DNA of 64,000 bases from Bigelowiella natans CCMP2755. Its lineage: Eukaryota > Protista > Cercozoa. Shown in pieces: positions 41,700 through 55,606 of this stretch; the stretch's first letter is position 1, and every line of letters starts with the position of its first letter. The stretch spans positions 1 through 64,000 of the forward strand of contig ADNK01000157.1 of NCBI GenBank assembly GCA_000320545.1, given 5' to 3'. The position numbers and the translations under genes were made by a program. The notes below the pieces were generated by a model. The model saw nothing but the letters and a program-made list of their open reading frames with translations. It ran no database searches and was not told the DNA's origin.

Positions 41700-42590
41700 C
41701 GCACAAGTCTAGAAGTACACGATCGAAGCGTGTAGTCACTCAGCCGCATCACTTTCTAGCTTTGTCTACGCTCATGCTGCGTTGGTGGATAATGAAATCA
41801 TAACCGTGCTAGAGTGAGCGTGCACATACTAGCATGTCTATACGATTGCTCAGCTTTCTCTCGCGCGACAACGCAAATTATCATGCTAGCATGCGTGCTG
41901 CGTGTATTACGGCGCTGAGCTGACAATACAAGAATAACCGACCTTGTTTGAAGCCTAAATGCTGTGACTCACAATATTGGGCATACATACTAGCTAGCTA
42001 GCTAGCTAGGTAACCTCTAGATACAGTTTACTATGTTTTAGAGATGGGCTTAGCTAGCTAACAAACTAGCTAACTAGTTAGACCTTGCTGCATTCTGTAA
42101 GCTAAACATCTCTTTGCTAGCTTCTGGAGTTTGCTGGCTCTTTATGAAAACGGTAAATGATTCATGAGAAAGCAAAGAACTAGACTGTTGCCCTGCATGT
42201 AGCCATGCTAGCTAGCTAGCATGCTTGTCTAAGCCAGTAAGCCACATACATGCTAGCATGCAGGACAGGAATTTCACGTACATGTATACGTAGAAGTGCC
42301 ACTCTAGCTAGCTAGCTAGCATTCTACAGCATGCTAGCATGATTAAGCTCATTGTCTAGATCGTAGAGCAAGAAAAACTGAATAACTCAACATATAGGAT
42401 CAATTCTACAAAGTCATCGTTTCAATGCTCTAGTGCTCTAGATACGAATAGCGGCCGTGCTACTGCTACTGCTGAAACATCCCCGATGAGCTACAAAACT
42501 CTGAAGACAAATGCACACCTAGCGAACACATTGTCCAACAGTTTCATTCATCTAGTTCATATGTATAGATGTACAGCTAGATGGCTGAAA
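41700..42590. repeat. Convergent-junction palindrome-rich tract J5
   Basis: CATGCTAGCATG at 41882-41893, 42249-42260 and 42330-42341. A 20-bp palindrome CATGCTAGCTAGCTAGCATG at 42204-42223 and (TAGC)n at ~41990-42008 and ~42304-42320. Lies between stops 41681(+) and 42608(-). Confidence 0.85.
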
Positions 42591-42607
42591 GAATCACTAA
42601 AAGAGCC

Positions 42608-42879
42608 TTAGGTCTGATGTTCCTTTGCAAAGTAGTTCTTCAGGAGTGAGAATTCGCGCTTGCGGCGTTTCTCTAGTATCGAGATTCTCTCCAACGTTTG
42701 CTTTACGGCTCGAACACTCAGCTGAAACATTACAGGGTACACACCGATATGAACACTACATATCAAGGCATATCCAGGTATAAACTGCCCATGCGTTAAA
42801 GTAACATTTAAAAGAGACTAGATTCCAGATAGGAAGAAATGTGACCAACAACACATTGCTAGAATTCCAGCTTCTAAAA

Positions 42880-42930
<51 letters not shown>

Positions 42931-44277
42931 CCCCCCCCCCCCCCCTCTTCTTACTAATTTCTTTTCTGCAGCGAAGGCGTGGAGCACTTCTTGGTGCTTG
43001 GTAGTGTTGAAATTGGGCGTCAGATTGCCGATGATCGCCTGATATACCTATGACGGGGGATTATAATAATAGTAACAATGATAATAGAGATTCATATATA
43101 AATGGTTTCGAGGGAAAGTAGTATACTGATAGAATGTAAGGAAAGCAGCCACGAAGGTGTCACGCTGCACTGACACTGCATCACCTTTAGCCCGGAGTAG
43201 TCTTTTTCGAGTCGCTCAAAGTTCTTCCCTGGAAGGGGATGGAGAACCAACACACAACGGGAACGACGACGACAGTTTTTAGTTCTTTTCGTAGCGTTCT
43301 TCGTTTCATCACGATAAACACTCCATGGTGAGCTTTCCCAGATAATGCTAGGAATGGGTATCTAAACAGGTACTTCTCCGTACAGCTTCCGACTACTACT
43401 ACTAGTGTTAGTCCAACAACTAGTTAAGCAACTGCAACGACTACGCAGTGCTGCTGCTACTGGTTTGATAAGTGGTTTCATAATACCGAACCATTCCCAG
43501 ACCACTTGGGGTGCGGTCTTTGTCACAGAGGCGAGAATCCATCGCACATCCTGCGCTCGAACGCTCTTGCCGTCTGTTCCCCTGGGTAGTCGTAAGGATT
43601 GGGAGCAGAAAAAGAAGCAGCAGCAGCAGCATAAATGGTTATGATGGAGGAGGGACATGCACCTTCTGATTTCAAGGTCGATTGTCATACCAACGGTGAT
43701 GAAGCATTGATGACGATGATGATGAAGAGGAGGAAGAGGAGGAGGGGGTGATGATGATGATAATGATGAAAATAAGCATGCTCGGTATCGTTTGTTTCGC
43801 GTAAATCTGTGACTGGACTTGCAGTGAAACACACCAGAAACACAATCTTCTCCTTCTTCCATTTCTTCTTCTTCTTCTTCTTCTTCTTCTTCTTCTACGT
43901 CTCATCACCAATCGAGAGACTTCTCCTGCAGCTTTTTCTCAGGTGACTTTCCTAACGCAACCAGAGCGTGCCGGCTAGCACCGCAGAAGCATTGACGCCG
44001 CATTGCGAAACAAAGGAAGACAAATGATAATGATGATGATGATGATGGTGAAGATGGTGGTGATGAAGATACACCACGTATCACTGTTGCTGCTGCTACC
44101 TGAGTAGCGCACTATCTGCGTTTTCGTATATGTCTTTCACTGCCTGGTATCCCTTCTCGCCTGTTAATGATAACATACGATGATGGTGATGATGATAACG
44201 ATGATGATGATGAGGATAGCGATGATGATGCACATACACCTGTTGCTAGCGCGATGATCAGCGACGAAGTGTTACGC

Positions 44278-44351
<74 letters not shown>

Positions 44352-44354
44352 TAC

Positions 44355-44389
<35 letters not shown>

Positions 44390-44476
44390 TCCATTTTGTC
44401 GAGTTTGTTCGTGATCTTCATGCTTCTTCTTCTTCTTCTTTTTCTGCTTCTCGGTGTTGCTGTTATTATTGTTGTT

Positions 44477-44512
<36 letters not shown>

Positions 44513-46146
44513 GGCACCATCCTGCCTGACGACTGTCGAGAAGCAAAGGCGTAGGTACTCGGCGGGAACGGATTCCCAACCATTCCAGAAACTACGATGG
44601 ATGGTGATGATGGTGATGATGGTGATGATGATGGTGGTGATGATGGTGATGATTAAGATGATGATGATGATCATGACCGGGACAGTGATAACCGAGCGTG
44701 TTTGCGTGCAAGGGAGGGAAGAAGAGGAGTAGGAGGATCGAGCTGAACGACTACCATTGTATGTTCATGATTATGATAATGATGATGACGACGACGACGA
44801 CGATGATGATGATGATGAGGCAGAGCTATCTACTGCTCTTTGATGTTCCCCATTGTATTATTCTTCATCGTCGCCACGGGTGGTACTACCGTTTCTTGAG
44901 CTCGTCCACAACGGCCTTGTGATGTGCCACGCCCAGCGTTCTGATTACGTACTGAACGGGAGGAAGAAGAACAAGCAATTAATTCAACGACTTACTCCGA
45001 AACACAAGGAAGGATGATGCTGATGATGACACAGCATCATCATCATCATTATCATCGTCATCATCATCATTCATCATTTATCATGATATCGAAGGTTGAG
45101 TAGTGGTATTAGTAGTAGTAGTAGTAGTAGTAGTAGCAGCAGCAGAAGTATAATTCCCTCCCATATACGTCGCAGCACCGACCGACCGACCCACCTGCCG
45201 CAGCGTCGAGTCGTGAGAGAGGTCCGCAGTGCTGGAAGACTCCTTGCTCTCCTGGTAAGTTATTTTCACGTAGTATTATCGGTAGTAAATCATGCCTTCG
45301 GATACGCGAACTAAGAGGGACAGCGAAAGAGACTAGTACACGCGAACAGAGAGTGGCACTAGCAGCAATCCGGCCTTGAGTAGTTCAATCTCCAACCCCC
45401 AACCCGTCTCGCTTGCTACTACCACTACTACTACTACCACGCCACTACTGCGTACCCATCCAAATTTATCGAGGAGAGGAGCAAATATATCACAGATCAC
45501 GCCGCAAATACCTAATTTATATGCATGTATATGTGCGTGTGCACGTGCGTGCTGCTTTCCGAACGTTTCATCCTTTTCCTCCTCCTCCTCCTCCTCCTCC
45601 TCCCGCTACTGCTGCTTCTTACGACCGAAGTGAATGGCTTTTTCATTATCGTCCTGGGCGTTCTTATCATAGCGCCGTAGGAGAGAACTCAGGCAGTCGC
45701 TCAGCTCCATCACTACGGCGCTGTTTGTTGTTGTTGATGATACAGCAGGAAACAGAATCTCTTAACATACGAAGGCTTGAATGATGTGTCTCGATAACAA
45801 CAACAAACAACAATGAATGATGATGATGATGATGATGATGATGATAATGGCGACGGTCATGATTGCGTAGAAATACTTTTCAATCAAAATGACAGTTAGT
45901 ATGTGCGTGTGCGTGTGCGAGTAGATCGACAATCCTGCTTTCAGACGGCATGCGTGTGCGTGTGTGTACACATATCATTGGATATTTAGCGTGTGGTCCT
46001 TCTTACAAAGTTTCAACGCCCTTAGCCTCCTTCGCGACTTTCAGTGCTGCGGTGTACGGAAGATACCCCGCCTGGACACAGCAGTAGCAGCCCATGAGGT
46101 TAAGACCGGTTTTGCGAGGGAGCCAGGAAAGAGGGAGAGAGAGGGG

Positions 46147-46187
<41 letters not shown>

Positions 46188-47253
46188 GGTGCAAGGTGGG
46201 GCAGCTGCGGGAGCGAACTACTGCTTACATCGGCCATGGCGAATGCATCCGATATGACTCCGAGGAGATTCACGCCTTTCGTACCTTCCGGAAGGGCCAA
46301 ATATGAATATCGTTAACGTGCGAGTAAGGACTATCATTATCACACGTTTCATAACCACCCATACGCCACGAAACAAACACCTCTTTACATATCGAATGGA
46401 TGGAGCGCGACACACACGCACACACACACACACACGCATATGCGCTGCATACCCTTCACAGCGGCTAGCAAAAGGTCTTCTGACAAACAGCAGCGATAGA
46501 ATCCGATCTGGGTGTGTTTGGGGGATGGAGTTTAAAATAGCTATGATGAGTTAGGTTATGATGATGATGATTCATGGAACTTTATCGGTTCTTTTGTTGT
46601 TGTTGTTGTTGTTGAGGGATTGATCGAGTGTCATGCCTGTCCGTCATTGAAGCAAATCGCCTCTCCCGCAGCAGCTTCGATGCTTTGCAGCGGAAGTAGG
46701 ACAAGGGGGGGGAGGAAGAAGAAGATGTGGGTCACATTAAGCGCTGCTGCTTCCCACAAAATATCGAGTATCATCATTATCATCATCATCGCCGAAGCAT
46801 CCTCTTCTTCCACTTACGTGATAGTCTCGCTCTGGTTGGCGAGAAGCTTCGATGTATGCTTGGCCTCTTTACCATGGCTGTGCCGTAGAGAAGGATGGAG
46901 CAGCGAATGCATAAATCAACGGAGGAATGACAGCCAGAAAAACGACGTGTAGCATCCACGGCAAAGCACTAGAACAACGACTCGTACCCTGTGGAGATCT
47001 TCAAAGGAATCTTCCATAGTGACGACCCAGCTCCATCCTCTACTTCTTCTTCGTCTGCTTGAAATAATGGATTGGTGGCGAGATAGTGCGCGTGGCAATC
47101 AGGTCTCATGGCCATGCATACACTGCAGAGTTTCACCGCTATTACTACTACTGCTACTACTACTACTCCTCCTCTACAACTTGGCGATACGAGGAAGAAA
47201 CGATGCAACGGCCGCAGGGGCAGCAGCAGCCACTCAACCTACTACATTTGCTG

Positions 47254-47284
<31 letters not shown>

Positions 47285-47628
47285 CACTACCTCCCGAAGA
47301 TAGGAATCGCTTTTGGGTACAACGAAAAGACCTCATCTTTCCCTGCTACGCAGTAGGATGCAGCACATTGGGGGAAGGAGATGTTTGTTGAAGGGATTCA
47401 TCGATCTTCCCACCCCCCCCCCATCCGCTCTCTTTCTTTTCCCCAACTATTGGCTACTGCTGCTATTGTTACTACCTTGTCCCCATCTTGGCCGCCGTTC
47501 TTGACCTCTTCGATGCATACAACGGGGTAGCCCTGAAGAGTGGAGTGGTGATATTCGATGAGGGATATGGATGAAATGGCATGACGTCGTGGGGAGGAAG
47601 ATTGAAGGAGACACAATCTCCCGAGACA

Positions 47629-47678
<50 letters not shown>

Positions 47679-47906
47679 AACAAATAGAGAGAAGGAGAGA
47701 GAAAGAGAGGGAGAGAGAGAGAGAGCGAGCAGAGCAGAGCCGCTTCCTCTCAGTACTTGCTGACATTCAGCTTGTGCAGCTATTATTGTTATTGATATTA
47801 TTGTTGTTATTATTATTATTATTCACCGGGGCAGAAGTCCACTCATGCATGACGGCCTTCACATCTGTTCCAGAGGCCTTTTTGGTATAATAATGTGTAA
47901 TTATAT

Positions 47907-47952
<46 letters not shown>

Positions 47953-49067
47953 GCGTCCTATCATTACTCTCTCGTTCGTACACACCACCACCACCGCCAC
48001 CACCACCGCCGCATCTATCTGTGCACATTCTTAAAGCAACCACCAGCTTCCAGTCGTAGAAAGGACAACATAACAACGTCATATAAGCCGCCGTTGCCAC
48101 TCCCCCCCCCCCCCCCCTCCGCCCTTCAGTGTTACAAGCCTTCTGCTCCGTGAAGGGGGACGAAAGATGCCGGCATCTCTCCCTTCTCTTCTTCTTCTTC
48201 CTCCTCCTCCTCCTCCTCCTCCTCCTCCTCCCTGACACAACACCGCTTTTCTCTCACCTTCGAGAGTGCATTCCAAAGATCGGGGGTTTCTGCGTTGCTG
48301 TACGCATACTATACACAAATGTACGACGACGACGACGACGTCGGAAGATCACTCTCATCGCAATGCAGACACGTATGATATCAGATAAACAAAGCAATAT
48401 AAGCATTTCTTGATGCCTATCATCAAACCTAGAGGGAAGTATGAACGCTTATTCTCTCTTAACTTAATACTCATGTGGAATGCAGCTGTTGTAACAAGTC
48501 ACCACTGCACTCCCCCCCCCCCCCTTCCCCCCCCTTCCATTTGACCTTTTCCAGGTAACTCTTCACCCCCTTCATAAACGTCTGGGAGGGAAGGTAATTA
48601 AGAGCCATAAATGACAGCAATGCGAATTGGCGCGAATGTAATGGCAGCACAAAAAGGCAAGGCAAGATGTGATAGAGGTATTGCCACCACCACACACACA
48701 TACGTACTTTATGGCCGAGAAATGCGCTCAGCATCCGAATCACGCTTGCACCCTGTGTAAGTTAAATCACCACCATCACCATCATCATCATCGTCGTCAT
48801 ACTACTGCTACTACTCAGATCCTGACACAGCAAGTTGCACCTTTGCATACGAGATGGTATCGAAGATCTCCGTCACTTCGTCGGGGCTCTTTACATCTAC
48901 CTGAGCGTCGTCGCATGAAGGGGGGGGCGGGAGCAGAAGAAGATCCACGAATATTCGCAAAAAAGACATGGAAGTTTGCACTGCACGCGCTTTGTGGCTG
49001 AACGGAGCAATATCCATCTTTCTCTATTTCATTTTCTCTTTCCCCCCTCCCTCGCCCTACCCACACG

Positions 49068-49118
<51 letters not shown>

Positions 49119-49288
49119 GTGCGCGCGCGCGCACGCGTGTATGTGTGTGTGTTTGTGTGTAAATGCAAATATATAGAGAGTTGTTTTCTTACCTCGACTG
49201 GATGCGTCGTTTTTAAGGCGTCTAAGGACAGTGCTACACCGTGGACCTATTTCGTCGTCGTACATGCATCGTAGGCGAGAGAGAAAGG

Positions 49289-49324
<36 letters not shown>

Positions 49325-50501
49325 GCTAGTAGCAAGGAAACATGATCTGAGAGAAGAACAGCACACCCTCCTCCATCCTTTGCATTCTCTCCTTTAGTGC
49401 AGCCTCGTCTTCTTCATTTTCCTTTACCACGGAACGTACGAGGTGCAGCTGCTTTACTGCGCCATGCCTGCATTTTTCAGGTTGCTACTACTACCACTAC
49501 TATTACTACTACTACTACTACTACTACTACTACCACTACCTGCTGGACGAAGTAGTCCCATATCTGCCAGTGCGGAAACACGTGCTCCACGGCGCCGAAC
49601 TCCATAAACCGTGCGAAACCCTCAATAATGCAAAAATTTTCTCAGTGCTTGGTGATGCCAAATGATTGATGGGCCTTTCGTTACCATGTACGCTTCGCAG
49701 GCTTGCTACTACTGATGCTAGTACTTGTACTACTACTTGCTGCTGCTACTTTCTGCCCTTTTAAGATCTCCTTCTCAATTGTTTAGGCGAGTGCCCTTCC
49801 TCTGCTGCCGCTGCTACTTGCTACTACCTCGTTGAGCCATAGATGCGTCCACCACTTCATCGTTGTTAGATTTCCAAACCTCAGATGGTCGAGGGGGGGG
49901 GGGGTACGGAAGGAAGGAGGCAAAATGTTGAAACAACGCAAAACGATGATGAATGGTTACCATTCCTATTATTACGGGGTGTGTGTTTTTCAATTGTCGT
50001 CGTCAGGATGTCAGGATGGAGAGGGGGGGGGGGGGAGGGGGGAAGGTTTTTTGGACTGATGATGTAAATGGCGTGACGTGGTACTACTAGTACCTACCAC
50101 ATATGCGCCAGCTCATGGCACACCGTGCGTGTTGAGCGAATCTTTGCTGCGAGCCTTCCCGTCAATAACACACACAACGATGACGATGACGACGACGAGG
50201 ACGACCACATGCACAAAGCATAAACATACACGTTACATCACATATGAACGTATACTATCGCGTTGCCGCTACTGCTATTACTACCACTACTTCTACTATG
50301 TAAGCTGTGGGTGGTGGGCGGGGGAAATTTGAAACGATCTTATCATGATGCCTCGATGGCGCATGCACGGTTGATGCTGGTGCGAAGTACAAACAGTACG
50401 TGGTCGTTTTCTGGTCGACCAGCAGCCGAGATTCACGATACGTCACGGCCCTGATATATTTCGTGGTTTTGCACATTATAATATAATACATATATCTATG
50501 C

Positions 50502-50537
<36 letters not shown>

Positions 50538-50812
50538 GCAAACTTGCGATGGCAATATAATACACTGATGCGTCGAGTTTATTCTGTTAAGGGCAGAGCG
50601 GTGGTGCTGCTTCACATTTGTTTTGCCTCCTCACCCCCAGTTCTCCATGGCACCCGCACTGAAGTCCGGAATCGCAAGGAGATCCGACTGAGGGAATGAA
50701 GCACAGGGTGTCGTCAGAATCCTTGCAAAAAACAGCAAAGTGTACGCGAGCGCCCTGAACTTTTCACCTTTGCTGATCAGATTCAGAATATACAACACAC
50801 ACACATGCACAG

Positions 50813-50849
<37 letters not shown>

Positions 50850-51274
50850 CTTGATTCTTAAACTAAGCACACTGCGGTGCCGCCTTCTCCTCCTCCTCCT
50901 CCTCCTCCTCCTCCTGATCCTACTCCTACTACTGCTACAGCTACCACTCCCAATTCTACTTTGGGAAGAGGATATTTAATGCCAAACTCCTCCTCATAGT
51001 ACGCTAGTGCCTTTGATAAATTGATGTATATCAGTAGGAACAGATGATGAGGTCTCTCCGAGAGGAGGCCTATTGGTGGCTCAACCACCACGTAATTGAA
51101 ACGGAGCATCAAACTGTGCATTGTGAGAACAAATTGAGGAAGAACTAGCTATAAAACGGTGTGTTGCCAGGGTCTTCGGTGCCTTACTTTCGCAGCAACT
51201 TGAAGTGCGTGGTCGCCCATTTTACTCCGACCGGGCCTCGTGTATCTTGCAAAACACACACACACACACAAACA

Positions 51275-51340
<66 letters not shown>

Positions 51341-53384
51341 ATAGTTTGAGCTAGCAGGCTATCATCTCTCTCTTGTTTTTAATTCGTATATCTGTCATTT
51401 GTTGAATGTGAGAGAGGAGATATTTGCACGCAGATGATAAATGGGTCCACGCTACTAATCGAAGAGAGTGTTAAGGGGTAAAGGGGGGGGGGGGGAGGGG
51501 CTGCTGTGCAAGTGTGGTCACTGCGTGTAAGAGTGGGGGGCGTTGATAGAGTACATACACAGAAGTCCGCACTCCGTTTTTGGAGAGGGTCGAGATGTAG
51601 TCGAACTCGCCGACGATAAATGCTAACTGTAGTCGTTGACATTTCACCATGATGGATGGCCAGATGGACGGGGGGAGGGAGGGAGAGAGGGAGGGCGTAC
51701 AAAGTCAGTGAAGCAGCAAATTATGATAAATTTTCTTTCTCCATCCATCCTTCTATTTCTGTGGACCTCACCAGGTACGTTGACATCACGGGAGACGCAT
51801 CGTATCTGAAATTACAACCAAAATACAGCAGCAGCAGTCGCAGCAGCAGTTCATATTTGTCGTTGCAAGCCCTCTCTACCAGGGCGCAGGAAAACACGAG
51901 TGAGGACCAGAAATTCTTATCATATAGTGCTTTTGTACCGAAACTACATAACTGATTCGCCATGTTAGCTGAAAGAGCAACAATCTCTGCCCAGCCAAGG
52001 CTCAGATTACGAGAAATCATCGGTGCCCGAGAAAAATGCAACGAATCGTCTACGAGGCTACCGACCGATACTCCACCAGATTTGCTGCGGATTCCGTGTG
52101 CTTTGACTTTACAGGCATATTGGAAATAGCAATTTTGTCCGCCGGCACAACCAAAGTTACCTGCCGAAGTTGACGATGGTGTTGCTGCTGTTTGCTTTAT
52201 GATGATGATAAATGACAGTAGTAGTCGTAGTAGTAGCAGTAGTAGTAGTGGTAATGAGAGAGTAATGGCAGTTGGAAAAGCACGGAAAAAGAAATTATGC
52301 TATCTTCCTCTTCTACAGCATCATCGTTTTGTGGTGTTGTGCCTCGAAGATTGCTTTAAATGCGGGCTCGTCCCAGCAAGGAAATGCCATCCTAAACACA
52401 ACACACAGGAACAGGTTACCAATTGTAGGAGAACGACAGACTATATCTCGTTAGTAATAAGATTTTATCCTCGCAACGAATAAAATATGCTGACTAAGAT
52501 GGCGCAATAGCGAACCGAGCGTATGTTGCCTCGAATTGTGTTACTGCCATGAACTTCGTGCTACCTTCATCCTAGAGGAAACAATACGCACACGCGCACA
52601 CACCGAGATAGGAGGAGAGGGAGAGAAGAAAAAGAGAGAGAAATACCGAACACGATGTACCACAAAGTCAGAAGCAATTCGAGGATGAAAAGGAGCCAGA
52701 ACTTGTGAGTTATTTCACCGGGAAGGAAGAGAAGAAGAAGAAGAAGAAGAAGAAGAAGAAGGAGAAAAGGAGAAGGAACAAAGAAGGGACAGAAAAATGG
52801 GAGAAAGATCGAGAAAGGAGCTTGAACGTGATGAGCTGGAACCTACTTTGTAGGAAGATCTATAGAATCCCTTCAGTTTATCGTTGAGCTCACCTTTCCA
52901 GCGCATCTTTAAAACGACGTGTGTCCTAACACAATAATAACTTGAATGTGACGAGGAGAAAACAGACGCACCAACAAGCTGTTTTTCCGGTTTCCTCTCT
53001 AAAAATGAGCACCCTGGGGGGATGTCTTTCGCAAAGCAGAATGTGACCATCTCCACGGACTCGTCGAACTCGATTTTCTCTGCTGCCACTGGAGAATCCG
53101 AACCTCCGGTGATAAGGCTCACCTACATGAGCATACAGAAGTTGAGGCGAAACCAGCCTTACACTCCCTGGATTAACAGCGAGTCTCGTTACTACCTGCT
53201 GTATGTCCAGGTCGACCGCATGGCACACGAAGCGCCTGGTGGCCTCTAGGACCTCCAGCTCCACAGTTTGCTCGCCATCGAAGGAGAACGAGGAGAAGTT
53301 CGGCACAAGCCTCATCACGTAGCGCCTGGGTCGCACGGTGAGGGGCAGCGGCAGGAATTTCGAACGAGCGGGGCGGGAGGTCAT
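42608..53384 (-). CDS. NPEPPS: M1 family zinc aminopeptidase (puromycin-sensitive aminopeptidase-like), highly intron-rich
   Basis: LPLTVRPRRY, LNDKLKGFYRS, AVTQFEATYAR|MAFPCWDEPAFKAIFE, SPVMSTYL|LAFIVGEF and YPLPK|SDLLAIPDFSAGAMENWG (GAMEN at ~50640-50655). Zinc motif VCHELAHMW|FGNLTTMKWWTHLWLNE|GFA (HExxH..E) and catalytic-Tyr region IFDTISYAK|GASVIRML. Stop TAA 42608-42610. Confidence 0.95.
52161..52342 (-). other. GC-AG intron in the aminopeptidase gene
   Basis: Conserved peptide ..EPAFKAIFE|VTLVVP.. joins in phase with donor GAG|GCACAA at 52342 and acceptor CAG at 52161. Confidence 0.8.
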
Positions 53385-53767
53385 GCTGCTGCTAGATGTA
53401 GGCGTACTACCGGATGATCGAGATCGATCGGAAGATGCCTCAGGTGTGGGGGAGGCACTTTAAAAATCGATACGTTGAAAATCGAGCACCTGTTTTCCTC
53501 TTGTCGCAGCTGGGGAATAGAGGCTGTCTGCTGATTATGCGACATATTCTGGGTAGACGCGGAGATAAAACGGCCTGCTTTTGTCCTCCGACTGCATTGT
53601 TGCTGCTGCCCAAAGCCTAGTACTACTACTTGCCACTGCCATGGGGACGATGTCGGTGGAGGGTTGAAGAAGAAGAAGAAGAAGAAGAAGAAGAAGAAGG
53701 TATAGCAGGAGGCAGCCCGGAAAGGATAGCAGCAACTCCTCGAGGAGGAAATTGTAGAAGCGAAAAG
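53385..53767. promoter_or_regulatory. Putative bidirectional promoter (aminopeptidase / FYVE)
   Basis: 383 bp between two divergent start codons. Similar short divergent spacers occur at 58277-58635 and 62157-62486. Confidence 0.6.
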
Positions 53768-55126
53768 ATGCCAAGGGTTTTGGGAGGGGTGGAGTGGCAG
53801 CCCGATGATGAAGCCCCAGCCTGTGCCATCTGCAAGAAAAAATTCACCAGCTTCTTCAGGAGGGTAGGATCGATTAACATACATGATGAGAAATAACGTT
53901 TGTGACCACGAAAAAATTGACAGTTCCTTCAATTTTTCGGTGAGAAATGTACAGCCAAGTTGGATTCTATGAAATGAACACCGTTGAAATTTGACAACAT
54001 TTTGTGGTTCCTTACTTTCCATGGTTCCTACGTTCATCCTTCGCGCACAATAGCATCACTGCAGGTAGTTTATCCATAGCACATACGAATAGTCGACGTT
54101 TCCACTCCTACCTGTATGAAATTTCGTGAAGACTACGACGACATATGTGCTTCTTTGTTGATTGATGTACGTCCATCCATGCATCCATCACGTGTAGGAC
54201 ATGTGGACGGGTAGTATGCAATTCTTGCTCAACCAATCGAATGAAGAAGCCAAAGATAACTGGGTACAAAGGGAAAGTGCGCGTTTGTGACGAATGCTGG
54301 GAAGATTTTGCTCCAAATCACCTTCACAGGAAGTCGGGCGTCGATCCTCTTGATGCAACCTTTCCGAGAACAGGCCCAAGCCCATCATCATCATCATCCT
54401 CCAAGGCGAAAAGTCCACAAGCACCTGTTTCACTTACCGATTACCAGCATCGCCAATACCAACACGGTGTCTCCGAGAGAGAGGGAGGGCCTCTGCCAAG
54501 GTCCTGCAGCATGAACTTAGTACATGTGAAAATGTATACTTACTAGCTTCGCACGTTTCGCTTACCACTCCTCTTCTGAGAAAGGATCATGCGAAATGTC
54601 GGAATTCCCCATTTTCATGAAGTAGGAGACTGATTTGTAGAGAGGAATGGAAAGACCTTTACATGATAGCACTGAATCATTATTTCCACACGTCTCCAGG
54701 TTCCCATCTCCGGCAGACGAACACAGCGCTTTGCTTAGGACTAATGACTCTCCAGACTACTACTCACGCTGGAATCTGAGTGCGATCGATCTTGAGCGTG
54801 CTTTGTCTGCTAGAAGGCGGCATCGACGCGCCACTCATAACACTTGGTCATATTATATGTGGCGCTTGTGTTGTTATATATGTTGCTGCCATAGAAAATA
54901 CCGGCAAAAAACGGACTCCAAAAAGCAATTTCAGGGGGGGGGCGATACGAAGAGATGCTGCTGGTGCTGTTTGCCTTCTGGCTATAAAGGCATTCGTATT
55001 GATCCTGAGTATGATGACGATATGAGCGATCCAGAAGATGATGAGGATGAGGATACGGAAACGAGGGGCTCGTCTTGTTGCTGGTCCAATTGCTGCAATT
55101 CCTGCTGCCCAGCTCATGTTTATTGA
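53768..55126 (+). CDS. FYVE zinc-finger (PI3P-binding) protein with Cys-rich C-terminus
   Basis: WQPDDEAPACAICKKKFTSFFRR|HHCR|TCGRVVCNSCS..VRVCDEC has all three FYVE signatures (WxxD, RRHHCR, RVC). HHCR is encoded by an 11-nt exon at 54054-54064. The last exon ends ..SSCCWSNCCNSCCPAHVY-TGA. Confidence 0.93.
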
Positions 55127-55259
55127 AAACGTTCTTATACTCATTTCACTGTCGTCCATCAAAAGTGTATGACAGGCACATGTATTCAAGTACTAAAAGT
55201 AGTAGGACAGCATTTCCGACTGTTTTACAGTTGCATCTGCAGAGGCAAGCTATCTACGA

Positions 55260-55500
55260 TACGCACAGTAATTTGCTCATTCTATGTAGCACATACCATG
55301 TGGCCATGCGTGCGATGTGTCATATTAGGTCAGAGCAAGGTACAGTTAGTCGCTGGCGCAGGTGTCGCGATCGATGGCACGTGCGAGTATCTATGACCTA
55401 CGCTAGTAGTACGCAAGAATCGTCATGCAATTGAACGAGTGCGCGCTAGCGCGCATGCTGTGTGCTATCGAACAATAATTGCATTGTATGTCTAGATGTG
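55260..55500. repeat. Convergent-junction palindrome-rich tract J6
   Basis: 16-bp palindrome TGCGCGCTAGCGCGCA at 55440-55455, followed by CATG words, between stops 55126(+) and 55607(-). Confidence 0.7.
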
Positions 55501-55606
55501 CAAAGTATAAAAGCAGTCTGGGATCAACGCCAATTACACCGCTGAAATGTGGAGTCGCCGGCATCAATAGATGAATCTTATCGTGATGAGATATTCCCAT
55601 GCGTAA

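Noticed and set aside
41700-42590. Junction tracts as a CRISPR array or regular satellite
   Set aside because: There is no fixed-length repeat-spacer periodicity and no cas genes; the context is eukaryotic and the tracts are irregular mixtures of short palindromes.
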